Notes under the pieces: generated by a model
What the model was told of the DNA's origin: nothing
The model's input: only the letters and a program-made list of their open reading frames with translations
Database searches by the model: none
Virus record (IMG/VR): IMGVR_UViG_3300017716_001697
Span: 96,001 to 160,000 of that record
DNA: 64,000 bases
Source: a virus
Taxonomy: Duplodnaviria > Caudoviricetes
Direction: 5' to 3' (one strand)
Made by a program: the position numbers and the translations under genes
Shown here: piece by piece, positions 1-9,452 of the stretch
Layout: each line of letters opens with the position of its first letter
Numbering within the stretch: the first letter of the stretch is position 1

Positions 1-258
1 GATAAAGATGTCGACGGCATGGATGATATGGACGGTATGGGTGACGATATGTCGGCAATGGATGGTAGCGATGATGCTGCCGAACTTGACTTAGATAATA
101 TCGGTGATGATTTAGGTGCTGACGACGAGTTCGGGAGTGCAGAAGATGAAGAGCCACTAGGTCGTTCGATGAAAGAATCTGCAATTTTAAGAAAGAAAAT
201 TGCAGAAATGAAGAAGATTGTTAACAAGGCTCGTAAGTTAAGAGAATCCAGCAAGTAA
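1..258 (+). CDS. C-terminal end of acidic low-complexity protein, probably prohead core/scaffold-like (starts upstream of window)
   Basis: Frame open from base 1; D/E/M/G-rich then EEPLGRSMKES and a basic tail; stop at 256-258. Confidence 0.45.
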   Translation, partial: DKDVDGMDDMDGMGDDMSAMDGSDDAAELDLDNIGDDLGADDEFGSAEDEEPLGRSMKESAILRKKIAEMKKIVNKARKLRESSK

Positions 259-262
259 TAGC

Positions 263-580
263 ATGAGAGCTAAAGAAATATTGTATGAGGATTACACCCA
301 GCGCCTTGAATCTGATTTAAACAATCTACTCATTGGCGCCAAAGGTAATGGCGCAACCCAGGTAGAGACATCTGCACTTGCTGATGAGCTGCAAGGGATG
401 GGCTATTCTGTTGATGTAAACAGTCTTATGTCTTTGCTACAGAACAATCCTATTGTAATGAATGCTACTCCAGAGAATATAACACTTACTGGCCCGGAAA
501 ATGCTAGCGGTGCTGGTCAGACACAGGACAATGCTGCTAGAGTCAGCGATATGGCTGCTAAGGCCACGAAAATAGGATAA
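263..580 (+). CDS. Hypothetical protein, putative head-internal (N-terminus MRAKEILYED)
   Basis: 105 aa ORF packed between neighbours; N-terminal motif shared with other late proteins. Confidence 0.55.
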   Translation: MRAKEILYEDYTQRLESDLNNLLIGAKGNGATQVETSALADELQGMGYSVDVNSLMSLLQNNPIVMNATPENITLTGPENASGAGQTQDNAARVSDMAAKATKIG

Positions 581-585
581 AAAAC

Positions 586-1755
586 ATGTCTGATTGCTGC
601 TCACCCGGTTCTGGATTCCCTAGTGCACCAACAATGGTGCAGATGGCAACAAACAATGCCGTAGTGTGGGCAGAAATATGTGCTATCCAACAGGCAATAT
701 TAGCAGCATCGAGCCAATGCCAGCCGGGTGGAGGCCGCATGTGTACTATTGTTGGTGGCACTACGCCAATGACGTTCGTAACTGGTGTATCATCGGTTAC
801 AGTAACAAATCCTGGCAACGGATATATAATAGATTCGCCATTTGTACGATTCATACCACCAGTCGGTAGTGTAGGTGCAGGTGCAACAGCAACATTAACG
901 ACAAATGGTGGTAACATATTACAGGTTAATATGGTTACACCCGGCTCCGGCTATCAACCTCGCCCTGCTACACTTGCTGTCTCGAGCATTGCTGGTGTAA
1001 ATGCGGTATTGGAGCCGTTAATCAATGCTGCTGGACAAATTGTTTCGGTTAACATTGTTAATCCTGGCACAAACTATACAACGCTAGATTCGGTAATTGC
1101 AACAAGAGCAGTTGTTCCTAATCCTGCATATGTCAATGCAACATTCCAGATTACATCTGTTAGTTTAACGGGTGAAATTCTTGCTGTCGTGGTGACGAAC
1201 ATCGGTTCTGGCTACCAGGACAGTGTTACCACAGTTCAAATTGTATCTACATTAAGTCCTTCTGCCCCGTATCCATTAGGTACAGGCTTTATGGCCAATG
1301 CAGTGACTGACAATTTCGGATTTATTACTTCGGTAGTTGTGCTAAATCCTGGTTATGGCTACGCAGATATGAATCCTTATCTAATAATAAGCGATCCAGG
1401 CAACGGAGCGACAACCCAGGTTAACTTAGTTAATGATACTGTTGGATCTATCACAGTGTTAACTGGCGGAGCCAACTATACACAAACTGCAATTGGTACG
1501 GTAATGAATCCTGCTACCGCACCGGCACCAAATCCACCAATCTCGCCAGCGATTGTTGCCATAAATGTTCGAATCAACACATATGGTACAAATCCGGAAC
1601 TATATTACCAGGTTTGGGCGGGACTTGTGACAGATAAACCTACATCCACACAATTAAACGCAGTATTGTCGTATTTCACAGGGCTGGGTTACACAATTTC
1701 TATACAATCTAATCCATTGACTGGCAATACTATTCAGTGGAAAATTTGCTGGTAG
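586..1755 (+). CDS. Virion structural protein with repeated V-x-V-x-N-x-G-x-G-Y beta units
   Basis: Multiple TVTNPGNGY / VTNIGSGY / VLNPGYGY / VLTGGANY repeats typical of myophage baseplate/structural proteins. Confidence 0.6.
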   Translation: MSDCCSPGSGFPSAPTMVQMATNNAVVWAEICAIQQAILAASSQCQPGGGRMCTIVGGTTPMTFVTGVSSVTVTNPGNGYIIDSPFVRFIPPVGSVGAGATATLTTNGGNILQVNMVTPGSGYQPRPATLAVSSIAGVNAVLEPLINAAGQIVSVNIVNPGTNYTTLDSVIATRAVVPNPAYVNATFQITSVSLTGEILAVVVTNIGSGYQDSVTTVQIVSTLSPSAPYPLGTGFMANAVTDNFGFITSVVVLNPGYGYADMNPYLIISDPGNGATTQVNLVNDTVGSITVLTGGANYTQTAIGTVMNPATAPAPNPPISPAIVAINVRINTYGTNPELYYQVWAGLVTDKPTSTQLNAVLSYFTGLGYTISIQSNPLTGNTIQWKICW

Positions 1756-1759
1756 TTTA

Positions 1760-1788
1760 TTGACTTGTGATACTCTGTGTATTACAAT
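1760..1788 (+). promoter_or_regulatory. sigma70-type promoter TTGACT-N17-TACAAT
   Basis: TTGACT 1760-1765, TACAAT 1783-1788. Confidence 0.7.
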
Positions 1789-1794
1789 GTGTTA

Positions 1795-2460
1795 ATGTTA
1801 ATAAACAAAAAATTCAATTACGTGCAACTTGAGCGACTCGATCACCCGAGTGGTAGACGTTACGTAGTGGGCCCCGGTCGCCCGTTGCCGTCTGTCACTA
1901 CCATTCTTGCTAAGACCAAAGATATGACATATCTAAACGAATGGATTGACGCAGTAGGTGAACGTGAGGCTGAAAGAATACGCAACGAAGCATCCACCTT
2001 AGGGACAGGCATGCACAGTAACCTAGAAAAATACATTCTTGGCGAAGCAATGTCAGGCCAGTTTATGGCAAAGGCTCTTGCCAATGTTATTATCAAGCAA
2101 GGTTTGTCTAAAGTAGATGAAGTGTGGGGAACCGAAGTAGGTTTATTCTGTGCAGAATTATATGCCGGTACAACCGACCTAGTTGGGTTACACGAGGGTG
2201 TGCCTGCAATTATGGACTTCAAAAATAGTCTGAATGATAAATCTAGAGAAATGGTTGAAGATTATTTCATGCAACTCTGCGCATATGCAATGGGGCACAA
2301 CGAAATGTATGGCACAACTATTAAGAAAGGTGTTGTAATGATTGCAACACGCGCAGGAAGATATCAAGAATTTATTATAGCTGGTGACGAGTTTACACAT
2401 TATGAAACGATGTGGGCAAACAAAGTATGCGCTTATTATGATATGGTCGCATCCGACTAA
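1795..2460 (+). CDS. PD-(D/E)XK exonuclease
   Basis: LPSVTTIL, GTGMHSNLE, YAGTTDLVG..IMDFKNS and QLCAYA motifs; ATG at 1795 preferred because the track start lies inside the promoter. Confidence 0.8.
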   Translation: MLINKKFNYVQLERLDHPSGRRYVVGPGRPLPSVTTILAKTKDMTYLNEWIDAVGEREAERIRNEASTLGTGMHSNLEKYILGEAMSGQFMAKALANVIIKQGLSKVDEVWGTEVGLFCAELYAGTTDLVGLHEGVPAIMDFKNSLNDKSREMVEDYFMQLCAYAMGHNEMYGTTIKKGVVMIATRAGRYQEFIIAGDEFTHYETMWANKVCAYYDMVASD

Positions 2461-2480
2461 ATACACAACAGGAGATTATA

Positions 2481-3317
2481 ATGTCAACAGGTACACCAGT
2501 AGTAGTTTCAAGAATACAGAATAGACGCGGCACACAGACCCAATTCGACAATCTATACCCAAAAGAATATACTTCTGCACCCGGCGCATCGTCGGTTCTT
2601 GCAGTAGTGACGGTAGATAGCACTGACGGGCTTGTGGTAGGGGCAAGACCACAAGTAATTAATGGTACTGGGCAATTTGTTCCAGGTACAACAATTCTTT
2701 CTGTGGACTCTATTACACAATTTACAGTATCTGCAGAGCCATTGATTGCACTGTCGGGCGCTATAGTTTATGTTAAGAAATATAACGGTCAAGGCGGCGC
2801 GACCGGCCCTAACATATTGCAACCCGGCGAATTAGCATTATGCACAGACACACGCCGAGTATTCATGGGCAACACGAATGGCGAATATGTAGAATTAGCA
2901 AGTATTGGCGCTGGACCTACTGATATCGTTACAACCCCATTGGTACTTTCATTGTTACCGGCGACTTGGACAGAAATTTCTGCCTTGACATACTTGCCTA
3001 CACCATTCATGGACATGTTATATAGCGTAGTTGATATTCCTACAGATAATCCTAATGATGTCGGATTAAATTTCTCTAAGAATGGCGAATTAAGAATAAC
3101 AGCGACAGGTACGGCAGCAACACTCGTGGACACATGCACAGCAATTAATGTTGCACCACTTGTGCCAAATCCTAATCCTCTATTACCCGACATACAGCCT
3201 GACATAAATTTCAAGGCAGGCTACGACGTCGGTGGCAACATTGTTGTATCATACATGCACAATTTTCCTATCCCTTTAACTTTAAGCGTAAGTTCTATTA
3301 TCTGGTCAGCACTTTAG
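2481..3317 (+). CDS. Structural protein with Mtd_N/hyaluronidase-N-like anchoring domain
   Basis: SRIQNRRGTQ...LQPGELALCTDTRRVFMGN signature; CTAAATA late-like box at 2457-2463. Confidence 0.6.
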   Translation: MSTGTPVVVSRIQNRRGTQTQFDNLYPKEYTSAPGASSVLAVVTVDSTDGLVVGARPQVINGTGQFVPGTTILSVDSITQFTVSAEPLIALSGAIVYVKKYNGQGGATGPNILQPGELALCTDTRRVFMGNTNGEYVELASIGAGPTDIVTTPLVLSLLPATWTEISALTYLPTPFMDMLYSVVDIPTDNPNDVGLNFSKNGELRITATGTAATLVDTCTAINVAPLVPNPNPLLPDIQPDINFKAGYDVGGNIVVSYMHNFPIPLTLSVSSIIWSAL

Positions 3318-3329
3318 AAAGTAAGTAAC

Positions 3330-3761
3330 ATGAGTTGGAACAATATTCCTAATAATGAGCGCCTTCACCTCTGGAAAAAACTAAGGGAAGACATTGCTGT
3401 CTTGTCTATCGAGCACCAGATGACTATGGTGGCTAAGTTCTTCGCCGATATGCCATTTGGGTCTAGGACTATCGATTATTACACACCGGCCGACTGGCCA
3501 ACACCGTGGGAAATCTTATTCTACGGCACCTTCTGCACAAGTTCTATTAGCATTCTGATGTTTTATACATTTGAACTTCTGCACACAAATCACCGCATAG
3601 ATCTTTACCTTGTCGAGGATAATGACGTATATTTGTTACCTGTTATAGATAACAAATTTGTACTCAATTACGAATTGGGCACGGTAAATAACTACTCAAA
3701 TATAGAAGACAACTTTAAGGTCTTACAGACATTTCATGACGAAATAAAGATGTTAAGATAA
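3330..3761 (+). CDS. Hypothetical protein
   Basis: 143 aa ORF, tight operon packing. Confidence 0.6.
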   Translation: MSWNNIPNNERLHLWKKLREDIAVLSIEHQMTMVAKFFADMPFGSRTIDYYTPADWPTPWEILFYGTFCTSSISILMFYTFELLHTNHRIDLYLVEDNDVYLLPVIDNKFVLNYELGTVNNYSNIEDNFKVLQTFHDEIKMLR

Positions 3762-3798
3762 TTAACACTCAAATAATAATTTTTACAAGAGGATATAG

Positions 3799-6372
3799 AT
3801 GCCAAGCACAATGTTTCAGGATTCATTTTCCAAAGAAATTTGGGAAGTAACATATAAAGACCACAATGACGCTGATATTAACCAGACGTTAAGCCGCATT
3901 GCTAAGGCAATTGCATCCGTAGAGGCAACAGACGAGCTTCGATCTACATGGGAAAGCAATTTCTACGATTTATTAACGAATTTTAAAGGTGTCCCCGGTG
4001 GCCGCATTATGTCTAATGCAGGCACAGAATGGTCCGGCACTACATTAATGAATTGTTTCGTTGGTCCTAGAGAAAAATATGACATTGATTCGCTGGAAGG
4101 CATCTATAGTCATTTGTTAAGCCAGTCGCAGACACTGAAATCCGAAGGTGGCTGGGGAGAAAACTTCTCGTATATCCGTCCACGTGGCTCATTTATTAAC
4201 GGTATCGGTGTAGAAACGCCCGGTTCTGTAAAATATATGGAATTATTTGACAAGGCATCTGAAATTATCACTGCTGGTAGTGGTAAAAAGTCCACGAACA
4301 AGCGTGCAAAAGGTAAGATCCGCAAGGGCGCAATGATGGGTGTTATGGATGTATGGCATCCAGACATTATTGAGTTTGTTACAGCTAAACAGCAACCCGG
4401 CCGACTTACAAAATTTAATATTTCGGTTAATTGTACAGATAAATTTATGTCTCGTATCATTGATATGGCTAAATTAGAATCAGATGTGGCTGCAGAGGAA
4501 ATCTCTCATGCAGATGCAGATGCGAAGCTTGCAGAATTAGATAAATGGGAACTTATTTTCCCAGAAACAACGTTTGCCAAGTATAAGGCCGAATGGAATG
4601 GCGATATTAACCTATGGTTAGAGAATGGTTACCCTGTTAAAGTACATAACACTATTTCTGCTAAGTGGTTATGGAATTTAATTATGGAATCTACATACAA
4701 TCGCGCAGAACCCGGTGTGTTGTTCCTTGATCGTGCCAACTATTTCAATCCGTTGAGATATGGTGAGACAATTTTTGCAACCAATCCGTGCGGAGAGCAA
4801 ACACTATCGCCAGGTAATATCTGTTGCCTAGGTACAATTAACCTTACACAATTTGTTACAGGTAAGACGTTCGATTTTGTTGCAATTAAGAAATATGTCG
4901 GGTACATGGTGCGTTTTCTTGATAATGTTAACTCGTATTCTTCTGCACCACTACCGCAATACATTGAGTCAATGCATAAGAAACGTCGTATTGGTTTAGG
5001 TGTTATGGGTTGGGGCTCTTCCTTGTTTATGCTTAAGACACGCTTTGCATCTGAGACTGCTGGCGCTCTGCGTGAAGAATTAATGCGTCTTGTGGCTCGT
5101 ACAGCGTATGAAACATCTATCGATCTTGCTGTAGAGAAGGGTAAGTTCGAATATTGCGACACAGCAAAGCATGCAGAGGCACCTTTCATTCAGCAACTAG
5201 GGTTGTCTGATGAATATGTTACTAAACTTAAAACAACAGGCATTCGTAATGCATCTCTAATGAGCCAACAGCCAAATGGCAACTCATCTATCATGGCTAA
5301 CGTAGTGTCGGGTGGTATCGAGCCAATCTTCATGCCAGAATATGTCAGAACGGTTATTCTTGCTATTGCACCTGCCGAAATTATCGACGTAACACCTAAG
5401 TGGTACGAAGGCGTGTGGGAAGAGACCGAGTTGTTCAAATTTGCTAAAGAAGGTGACGAAGAGATCCTTAGAGGCGTGTTTAATGGAACAACATACAAGA
5501 TTGATAAGAATCGCGGACTTACAAAAGAAGTATTATGCGAAGATTACGGTGTAAGATATTTGAAAGGCAAGAACGAATGGGATCCAAAGGCTGATTGGGC
5601 TGTAACAACTACCAATTTGACTGTTGATGATCATATTTCTGACCTAAAGGGCTTTGCACAATGGACTGATGCAGCATGTAGCAAGACATGTAACATTCCG
5701 TTTGACTACCCATACGAAGATTTCAAGAACTTGTATCTACGAGTATACGAAACTGGATTCATTAAGGGATTTACTACATACCGCTCGGGTACTATGACAT
5801 CTGTATTGTCAGCCGTTGATGAGAAGAATGCTGAGCCAGGCGACGAGGAAATTATTCTTGATACAGTGCATCTACCTGATTCTGCTCCAGCATCTATGAA
5901 GACATTAAAGGCAGAAGGTCGTAAGTGGTATCTGTCTGTGGTATGGAATGAAAATCAGACTCGACCATTTGCGTTGTTTGTACACACTAATCATCACGAG
6001 AAGACTGTATCGACATCTAATGCTGTGGAAAAACTTATCGATCTTGCTAGACGTAAGGGTATACCAGAGGTGCATGTACAGGAAGTAATTGGTAAGATTA
6101 GTGGTGATGATAATGCATCTAAAATTGCACGTATGATTTCACTTAACTTACGACACGGTGTATTAATTAAGAACATTACCGCTACATTGGACAGTCTCGA
6201 AGATGTGTATTTAGGCAGCTTCTTATTCCAAATTAAGAAGTTCTTATCAACATTCATTAAGGATGGCGAAAAAGTTCACGGTGAAGTATGCGGCGATTGT
6301 GGATCATCCAACGTGATCTACGAAGAGGGATGCAAGAAATGTGTTAATTGCGGCTCAGGTAAATGCAGTTAA
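3799..6372 (+). CDS. nrdJ: Class II (adenosylcobalamin-dependent) ribonucleotide reductase with C-terminal TSCPD-like and zinc-ribbon region
   Basis: PGGRIMSNAG, TLMNCFV, ATNPCGEQ, CCLG, RRIGLGVMG, QQPNG, GGIEP, SKTCN motifs; terminal CxxC..CxxC; no nrdB next to it. Confidence 0.88.
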   Translation: MPSTMFQDSFSKEIWEVTYKDHNDADINQTLSRIAKAIASVEATDELRSTWESNFYDLLTNFKGVPGGRIMSNAGTEWSGTTLMNCFVGPREKYDIDSLEGIYSHLLSQSQTLKSEGGWGENFSYIRPRGSFINGIGVETPGSVKYMELFDKASEIITAGSGKKSTNKRAKGKIRKGAMMGVMDVWHPDIIEFVTAKQQPGRLTKFNISVNCTDKFMSRIIDMAKLESDVAAEEISHADADAKLAELDKWELIFPETTFAKYKAEWNGDINLWLENGYPVKVHNTISAKWLWNLIMESTYNRAEPGVLFLDRANYFNPLRYGETIFATNPCGEQTLSPGNICCLGTINLTQFVTGKTFDFVAIKKYVGYMVRFLDNVNSYSSAPLPQYIESMHKKRRIGLGVMGWGSSLFMLKTRFASETAGALREELMRLVARTAYETSIDLAVEKGKFEYCDTAKHAEAPFIQQLGLSDEYVTKLKTTGIRNASLMSQQPNGNSSIMANVVSGGIEPIFMPEYVRTVILAIAPAEIIDVTPKWYEGVWEETELFKFAKEGDEEILRGVFNGTTYKIDKNRGLTKEVLCEDYGVRYLKGKNEWDPKADWAVTTTNLTVDDHISDLKGFAQWTDAACSKTCNIPFDYPYEDFKNLYLRVYETGFIKGFTTYRSGTMTSVLSAVDEKNAEPGDEEIILDTVHLPDSAPASMKTLKAEGRKWYLSVVWNENQTRPFALFVHTNHHEKTVSTSNAVEKLIDLARRKGIPEVHVQEVIGKISGDDNASKIARMISLNLRHGVLIKNITATLDSLEDVYLGSFLFQIKKFLSTFIKDGEKVHGEVCGDCGSSNVIYEEGCKKCVNCGSGKCS

Positions 6373-6444
6373 TGAATGACTTGTAGCATTATTAATAAAA
6401 ACTATATACAATACAGTATAATTAACTAAAACAAAGGACAGAAC

Positions 6445-6744
6445 TTGTTATTACAAAAATCACAGACACTACCGTATGTCGGAGTATTTAAACTAGGAAG
6501 CGGTGAGGAATTTATTGCTAAGGTAACTGATGAAACTATGATGGGGTTTACTATATCTAAGCCGTTATGCATGGTTGCTACAGATAAAGGTTATCAATTT
6601 GCACCGCTGGTTATGATGGGCGATATTGATGCCGATGTACTATTGCCTAAGCCAGTAATTCAGACTACACCGAATAAACAATTACTAGAACAGTACGAAT
6701 CGACAATTTCGCCTATTATCAGAGCAAGCTCTATTATTGGTTAA
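6445..6744 (+). CDS. Small hypothetical protein, possibly Sm-like fold (TTG start)
   Basis: FKLGSGEEFIAKV...FTISKPL pattern; AAAGGA upstream. Confidence 0.55.
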   Translation: MLLQKSQTLPYVGVFKLGSGEEFIAKVTDETMMGFTISKPLCMVATDKGYQFAPLVMMGDIDADVLLPKPVIQTTPNKQLLEQYESTISPIIRASSIIG

Positions 6745-6771
6745 TACACAGAATTTATTTTAAGGAAACAC

Positions 6772-6963
6772 ATGAAACCAACTAGCAAGACCCCGTACGA
6801 AATTAGATTAGAATTGTTGCAGCTTGCACAGACGATTTTAGAAAATCAACATGCGGCTAAATCGGTATTGACGGCTGGAAAGACGTCCCCAACAACTGAA
6901 GAGATTATTTTCGAAGCCGATAAGCTTAATGCATTTGTATCAAAAGCAAATCCAGTACATTAA
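6772..6963 (+). CDS. Small hypothetical protein
   Basis: AAGGA RBS; KTPYEIRLELLQLA motif. Confidence 0.6.
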   Translation: MKPTSKTPYEIRLELLQLAQTILENQHAAKSVLTAGKTSPTTEEIIFEADKLNAFVSKANPVH

Positions 6964-6970
6964 TTGTTAA

Positions 6971-6997
6971 GAAAGCCGGCTATATGCTGGCTTTTCC
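6971..6997 (+). terminator. Intrinsic terminator
   Basis: AGCCGGC-TATAT-GCTGGCT followed by T run. Confidence 0.65.
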
Positions 6998-7014
6998 ACG
7001 ACTTAAAAATAGTC

Positions 7015-7043
7015 TTGCATATTTAAGACAGCTATGTTATAAT
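7015..7043 (+). promoter_or_regulatory. sigma70-type promoter TTGCAT-N17-TATAAT
   Basis: Direct match, 17-nt spacer. Confidence 0.7.
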
Positions 7044-7062
7044 GCTCGCTAAGGAGTCAAGA

Positions 7063-7833
7063 ATGCACAATATAGCCGATCATGTAAGAGATAATTTTAA
7101 TGGAATGTTAGTTTTCGGAGATGTCCACGGCGATTTTGACTCCATTAACCGTGCATATAAGTATGCTAAGGCATACGACATGTTCTTTATGTCAATGGGT
7201 GACCTTGTCGATCGTGCTCGTATGCCATTCGAGACTGTGGAATTAATGTATAATGCTGTAGTTGATGGCGAGGCCGGATTCGTTATCGGAAATCATGATG
7301 ATAAGTTTCATCGTTATGCCAACGGATCTAAAGTTAGCTTCTCTGTCGATGCAAAACGTACATTAGAGGATGTTGGATCGGAAAGAGAAGAAGAGTTCTT
7401 CAAAATGTATGTTGGATTAATTGATTATCCAGTAGCATCTGCATTCTATCACAAGTTTGACGATATCGTACTTGTGCATGCAGCAGCTCACCCGGGAATG
7501 TGGACTAACAGTGGTTCACCAACCAAGACGGAACGGGCCAGATATCTTGTCGGTGAGACAAATAATGAAAGGTATGACGATGGATATCCTGTTAGACTTT
7601 ATAACTGGATAGATTGCATACCGATGGGAAAGACTGTCTTGGTCGGGCACGATAAGCAACCAATCGACAATATACCCATAACAGAACCTAAGACTGTGTC
7701 GAACAGAAACGGTGGCAAAACTGTTTTTATAGACACAGGGTGTGGTAAAGGCGGATTCTTATCAGCAGCGGTAGTCATGCCGAATAAATCTCGCAAGTTC
7801 GAGGTTACATCGTTTGTGAGCTTTGCTGAGTAA
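7063..7833 (+). CDS. Metallophosphoesterase (Ser/Thr protein phosphatase/ApaH-like)
   Basis: GDVHG, GDLVDR, GNHD, VGHD and IDTGCG motifs; AAGGAG RBS before ATG 7063. Confidence 0.88.
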   Translation: MHNIADHVRDNFNGMLVFGDVHGDFDSINRAYKYAKAYDMFFMSMGDLVDRARMPFETVELMYNAVVDGEAGFVIGNHDDKFHRYANGSKVSFSVDAKRTLEDVGSEREEEFFKMYVGLIDYPVASAFYHKFDDIVLVHAAAHPGMWTNSGSPTKTERARYLVGETNNERYDDGYPVRLYNWIDCIPMGKTVLVGHDKQPIDNIPITEPKTVSNRNGGKTVFIDTGCGKGGFLSAAVVMPNKSRKFEVTSFVSFAE

Positions 7834-7839
7834 GAATTG

Positions 7840-7868
7840 TAGACGCTACATAAAATGTAGCGTATACT
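7840..7868 (+). promoter_or_regulatory. sigma70-type promoter TAGACG-N17-TATACT containing an 8-bp inverted repeat
   Basis: ACGCTACA-TAAAA-TGTAGCGT at 7843-7863 spans the spacer. Confidence 0.55.
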
Positions 7869-7914
7869 TACAACAGTTGCACAATGCAACACAATCAACT
7901 CAACTAGGAATTAT

Positions 7915-8166
7915 ATGACAAACACAAAGAAAGCATTGACAAAAATCAGCGACAAGGTTACATTTACTCCAGTTTCCGGTAGTAGCCTTGTTGAATCCTA
8001 TGCTCGCGCATCTGGAGATTTGGCAGTGCGCCTTAAGAATGGTTCTACATACATCTACAAGGGTGTTGATGAAGCTACCGTAACTGGATTCGTTAATGCT
8101 ACCTCCAAAGGTAAGTATTTCGGAACAAATATCCGTAACAAGTTCGTAGCAGAACAAGCCGAGTAA
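7915..8166 (+). CDS. KTSC-domain protein
   Basis: VSGSSLVESY..LAVRLKNGSTYIYKGV..ATSKGKYFGTNIR matches the KTSC pattern. Confidence 0.8.
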   Translation: MTNTKKALTKISDKVTFTPVSGSSLVESYARASGDLAVRLKNGSTYIYKGVDEATVTGFVNATSKGKYFGTNIRNKFVAEQAE

Positions 8167-8182
8167 GCAAACAAGTAATCCT

Positions 8183-8392
8183 GTGGAATATATCGAAGAA
8201 TATAGTGATGTGTATTGCAGCAAATCTCTGTGTGGTAAATTAATACCAACGGAACACATTAACTGGGATTACTGCTTCGATTATGATGGTAACGACCGTG
8301 TACATACATACGGTCGTTACCAGTGTCCATACTGTGGGCACGATGAGTCATTTGCGACAAACGATCCTTACGAGGACGATGAAGATGAATAA
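8183..8392 (+). CDS. Small Cys-containing hypothetical protein (possible zinc ribbon)
   Basis: CxxxxC and CPYC; GTG start. Confidence 0.5.
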   Translation: MEYIEEYSDVYCSKSLCGKLIPTEHINWDYCFDYDGNDRVHTYGRYQCPYCGHDESFATNDPYEDDEDE

Positions 8393-8828
8393 TACAATTA
8401 TCGGTGTTACAGCAGGAAGTTTTGATTTAACCCATGCTGGCCATTATTTGATGTTTGAAGAATGCAAAGGTCAGTGTGATTACCTTATTGTGTTTCTTCA
8501 GACAAACCCACATGTTGATAGGGCTGACAAAAACATTCCTGTACAGAGTATAAATGAGCGATACCTACAAGTGCGGGCCTGCAAATTCGTAGACGAAGTG
8601 GTAGTATATGAGACTGAACAAGATTTATATAACCTCTTGTGTTCTATAAAATATGATAAACGGTTTATTGGGGCAGATTGGCAAGGTAAATCGTTCACTG
8701 GCCATGACATTCCGGGTATAACGAACAAAGTTGTGTTCAATTCCAGAAATCATGGATTCTCCACAAGCAATCTAAGAAAAAGAGTATACGAGGCCGAACA
8801 TGTCAAAAATGCTGACTTGGCGAGTTAA
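8385..8828 (+). CDS. Cytidylyltransferase-like protein (TagD family)
   Basis: AGSFDLTHAGH HxGH motif, PVQSINERY, VDEVVVY, SRNHGFSTS; ATG 8385 overlaps upstream stop. Confidence 0.85.
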   Translation: MNNTIIGVTAGSFDLTHAGHYLMFEECKGQCDYLIVFLQTNPHVDRADKNIPVQSINERYLQVRACKFVDEVVVYETEQDLYNLLCSIKYDKRFIGADWQGKSFTGHDIPGITNKVVFNSRNHGFSTSNLRKRVYEAEHVKNADLAS

Positions 8829-9090
8829 TATAGAGTACGGACCTACCGCGGCTGACTGTCATTCTATTACAGTGCTGGCTACAACTAGTAAATCTGCGTT
8901 AAAAGAGGCCGAAATCTGGGCTAAAAAACATATGGTCAAGTCACCTATGTTTAGCGAACCGTGCCCTGCGGAGATGCCGCCTGATGTGCCTAATATTGAT
9001 GACGATTATACGGAAATTTTAGAATGGACTGTCGAAGAGGAAGAAGCATTCCTGGATATCTTAAATAATTCAGTAAATAAGAAAGATTAA
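8800..9090 (+). CDS. Hypothetical protein
   Basis: ORF in operon context. Confidence 0.5.
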   Translation: MSKMLTWRVNIEYGPTAADCHSITVLATTSKSALKEAEIWAKKHMVKSPMFSEPCPAEMPPDVPNIDDDYTEILEWTVEEEEAFLDILNNSVNKKD

Positions 9091-9092
9091 TA

Positions 9093-9371
9093 ATGGAACT
9101 CTTACGTTTTATTAAATGGCAATGGAATAGATTCCAGTATGACGAAATTGTACTTGGTTTCGACCTTATTGCTACATCTAGTACCTATGCATACGTGTGG
9201 TACACAAATAGTTTCTTGTTAGCATTACTAGTATCAGCGGGCGTATTCTTCGGAATTGTGCTAATTGCTGTGATTGGACAACGGATTCATAAACAGTGGA
9301 AGTTGTATATCCAGGACAGAGATAGAGAAGCACAGCGTATTGTGGATAGATTGCGCGGCGGATCGCGATAG
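9093..9371 (+). CDS. Small membrane protein
   Basis: Hydrophobic segment FLLALLVSAGVFFGIVLIAVIG followed by basic coil. Confidence 0.6.
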   Translation: MELLRFIKWQWNRFQYDEIVLGFDLIATSSTYAYVWYTNSFLLALLVSAGVFFGIVLIAVIGQRIHKQWKLYIQDRDREAQRIVDRLRGGSR

Positions 9372-9393
9372 TATATAATTTATACTGAAGACG

Positions 9394-9400
9394 ATAAATA
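9394..9400 (+). promoter_or_regulatory. T4-late-like promoter ATAAATA
   Basis: Recurrent motif upstream of late genes throughout the window. Confidence 0.55.
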
Positions 9401-9406
9401 AAATTA

Positions 9407-9425
9407 TGCAGAGATAGACTCTGCA
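9407..9425 (+). promoter_or_regulatory. Leader hairpin UGCAGAG-AUAGA-CUCUGCA upstream of nadM-Nudix
   Basis: Perfect 7-bp stem; 13-mer core identical to that upstream of NAMPT. Confidence 0.7.
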
Positions 9426-9452
9426 CTAAACAACTATTTCAAGGATTTTGAA

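Noticed and set aside
1795-2460. Possible Cas4/CRISPR association of the PD-(D/E)XK nuclease
   Set aside because: The Fe-S cysteine set of Cas4 is missing and there is no repeat-spacer array or other cas gene in the window.
3799-6372. Intein or intron in the ribonucleotide reductase
   Set aside because: No C/S...HN-C/S/T splice junctions or LAGLIDADG motifs; only a short acidic insertion; length fits a class II enzyme with C-terminal extension.
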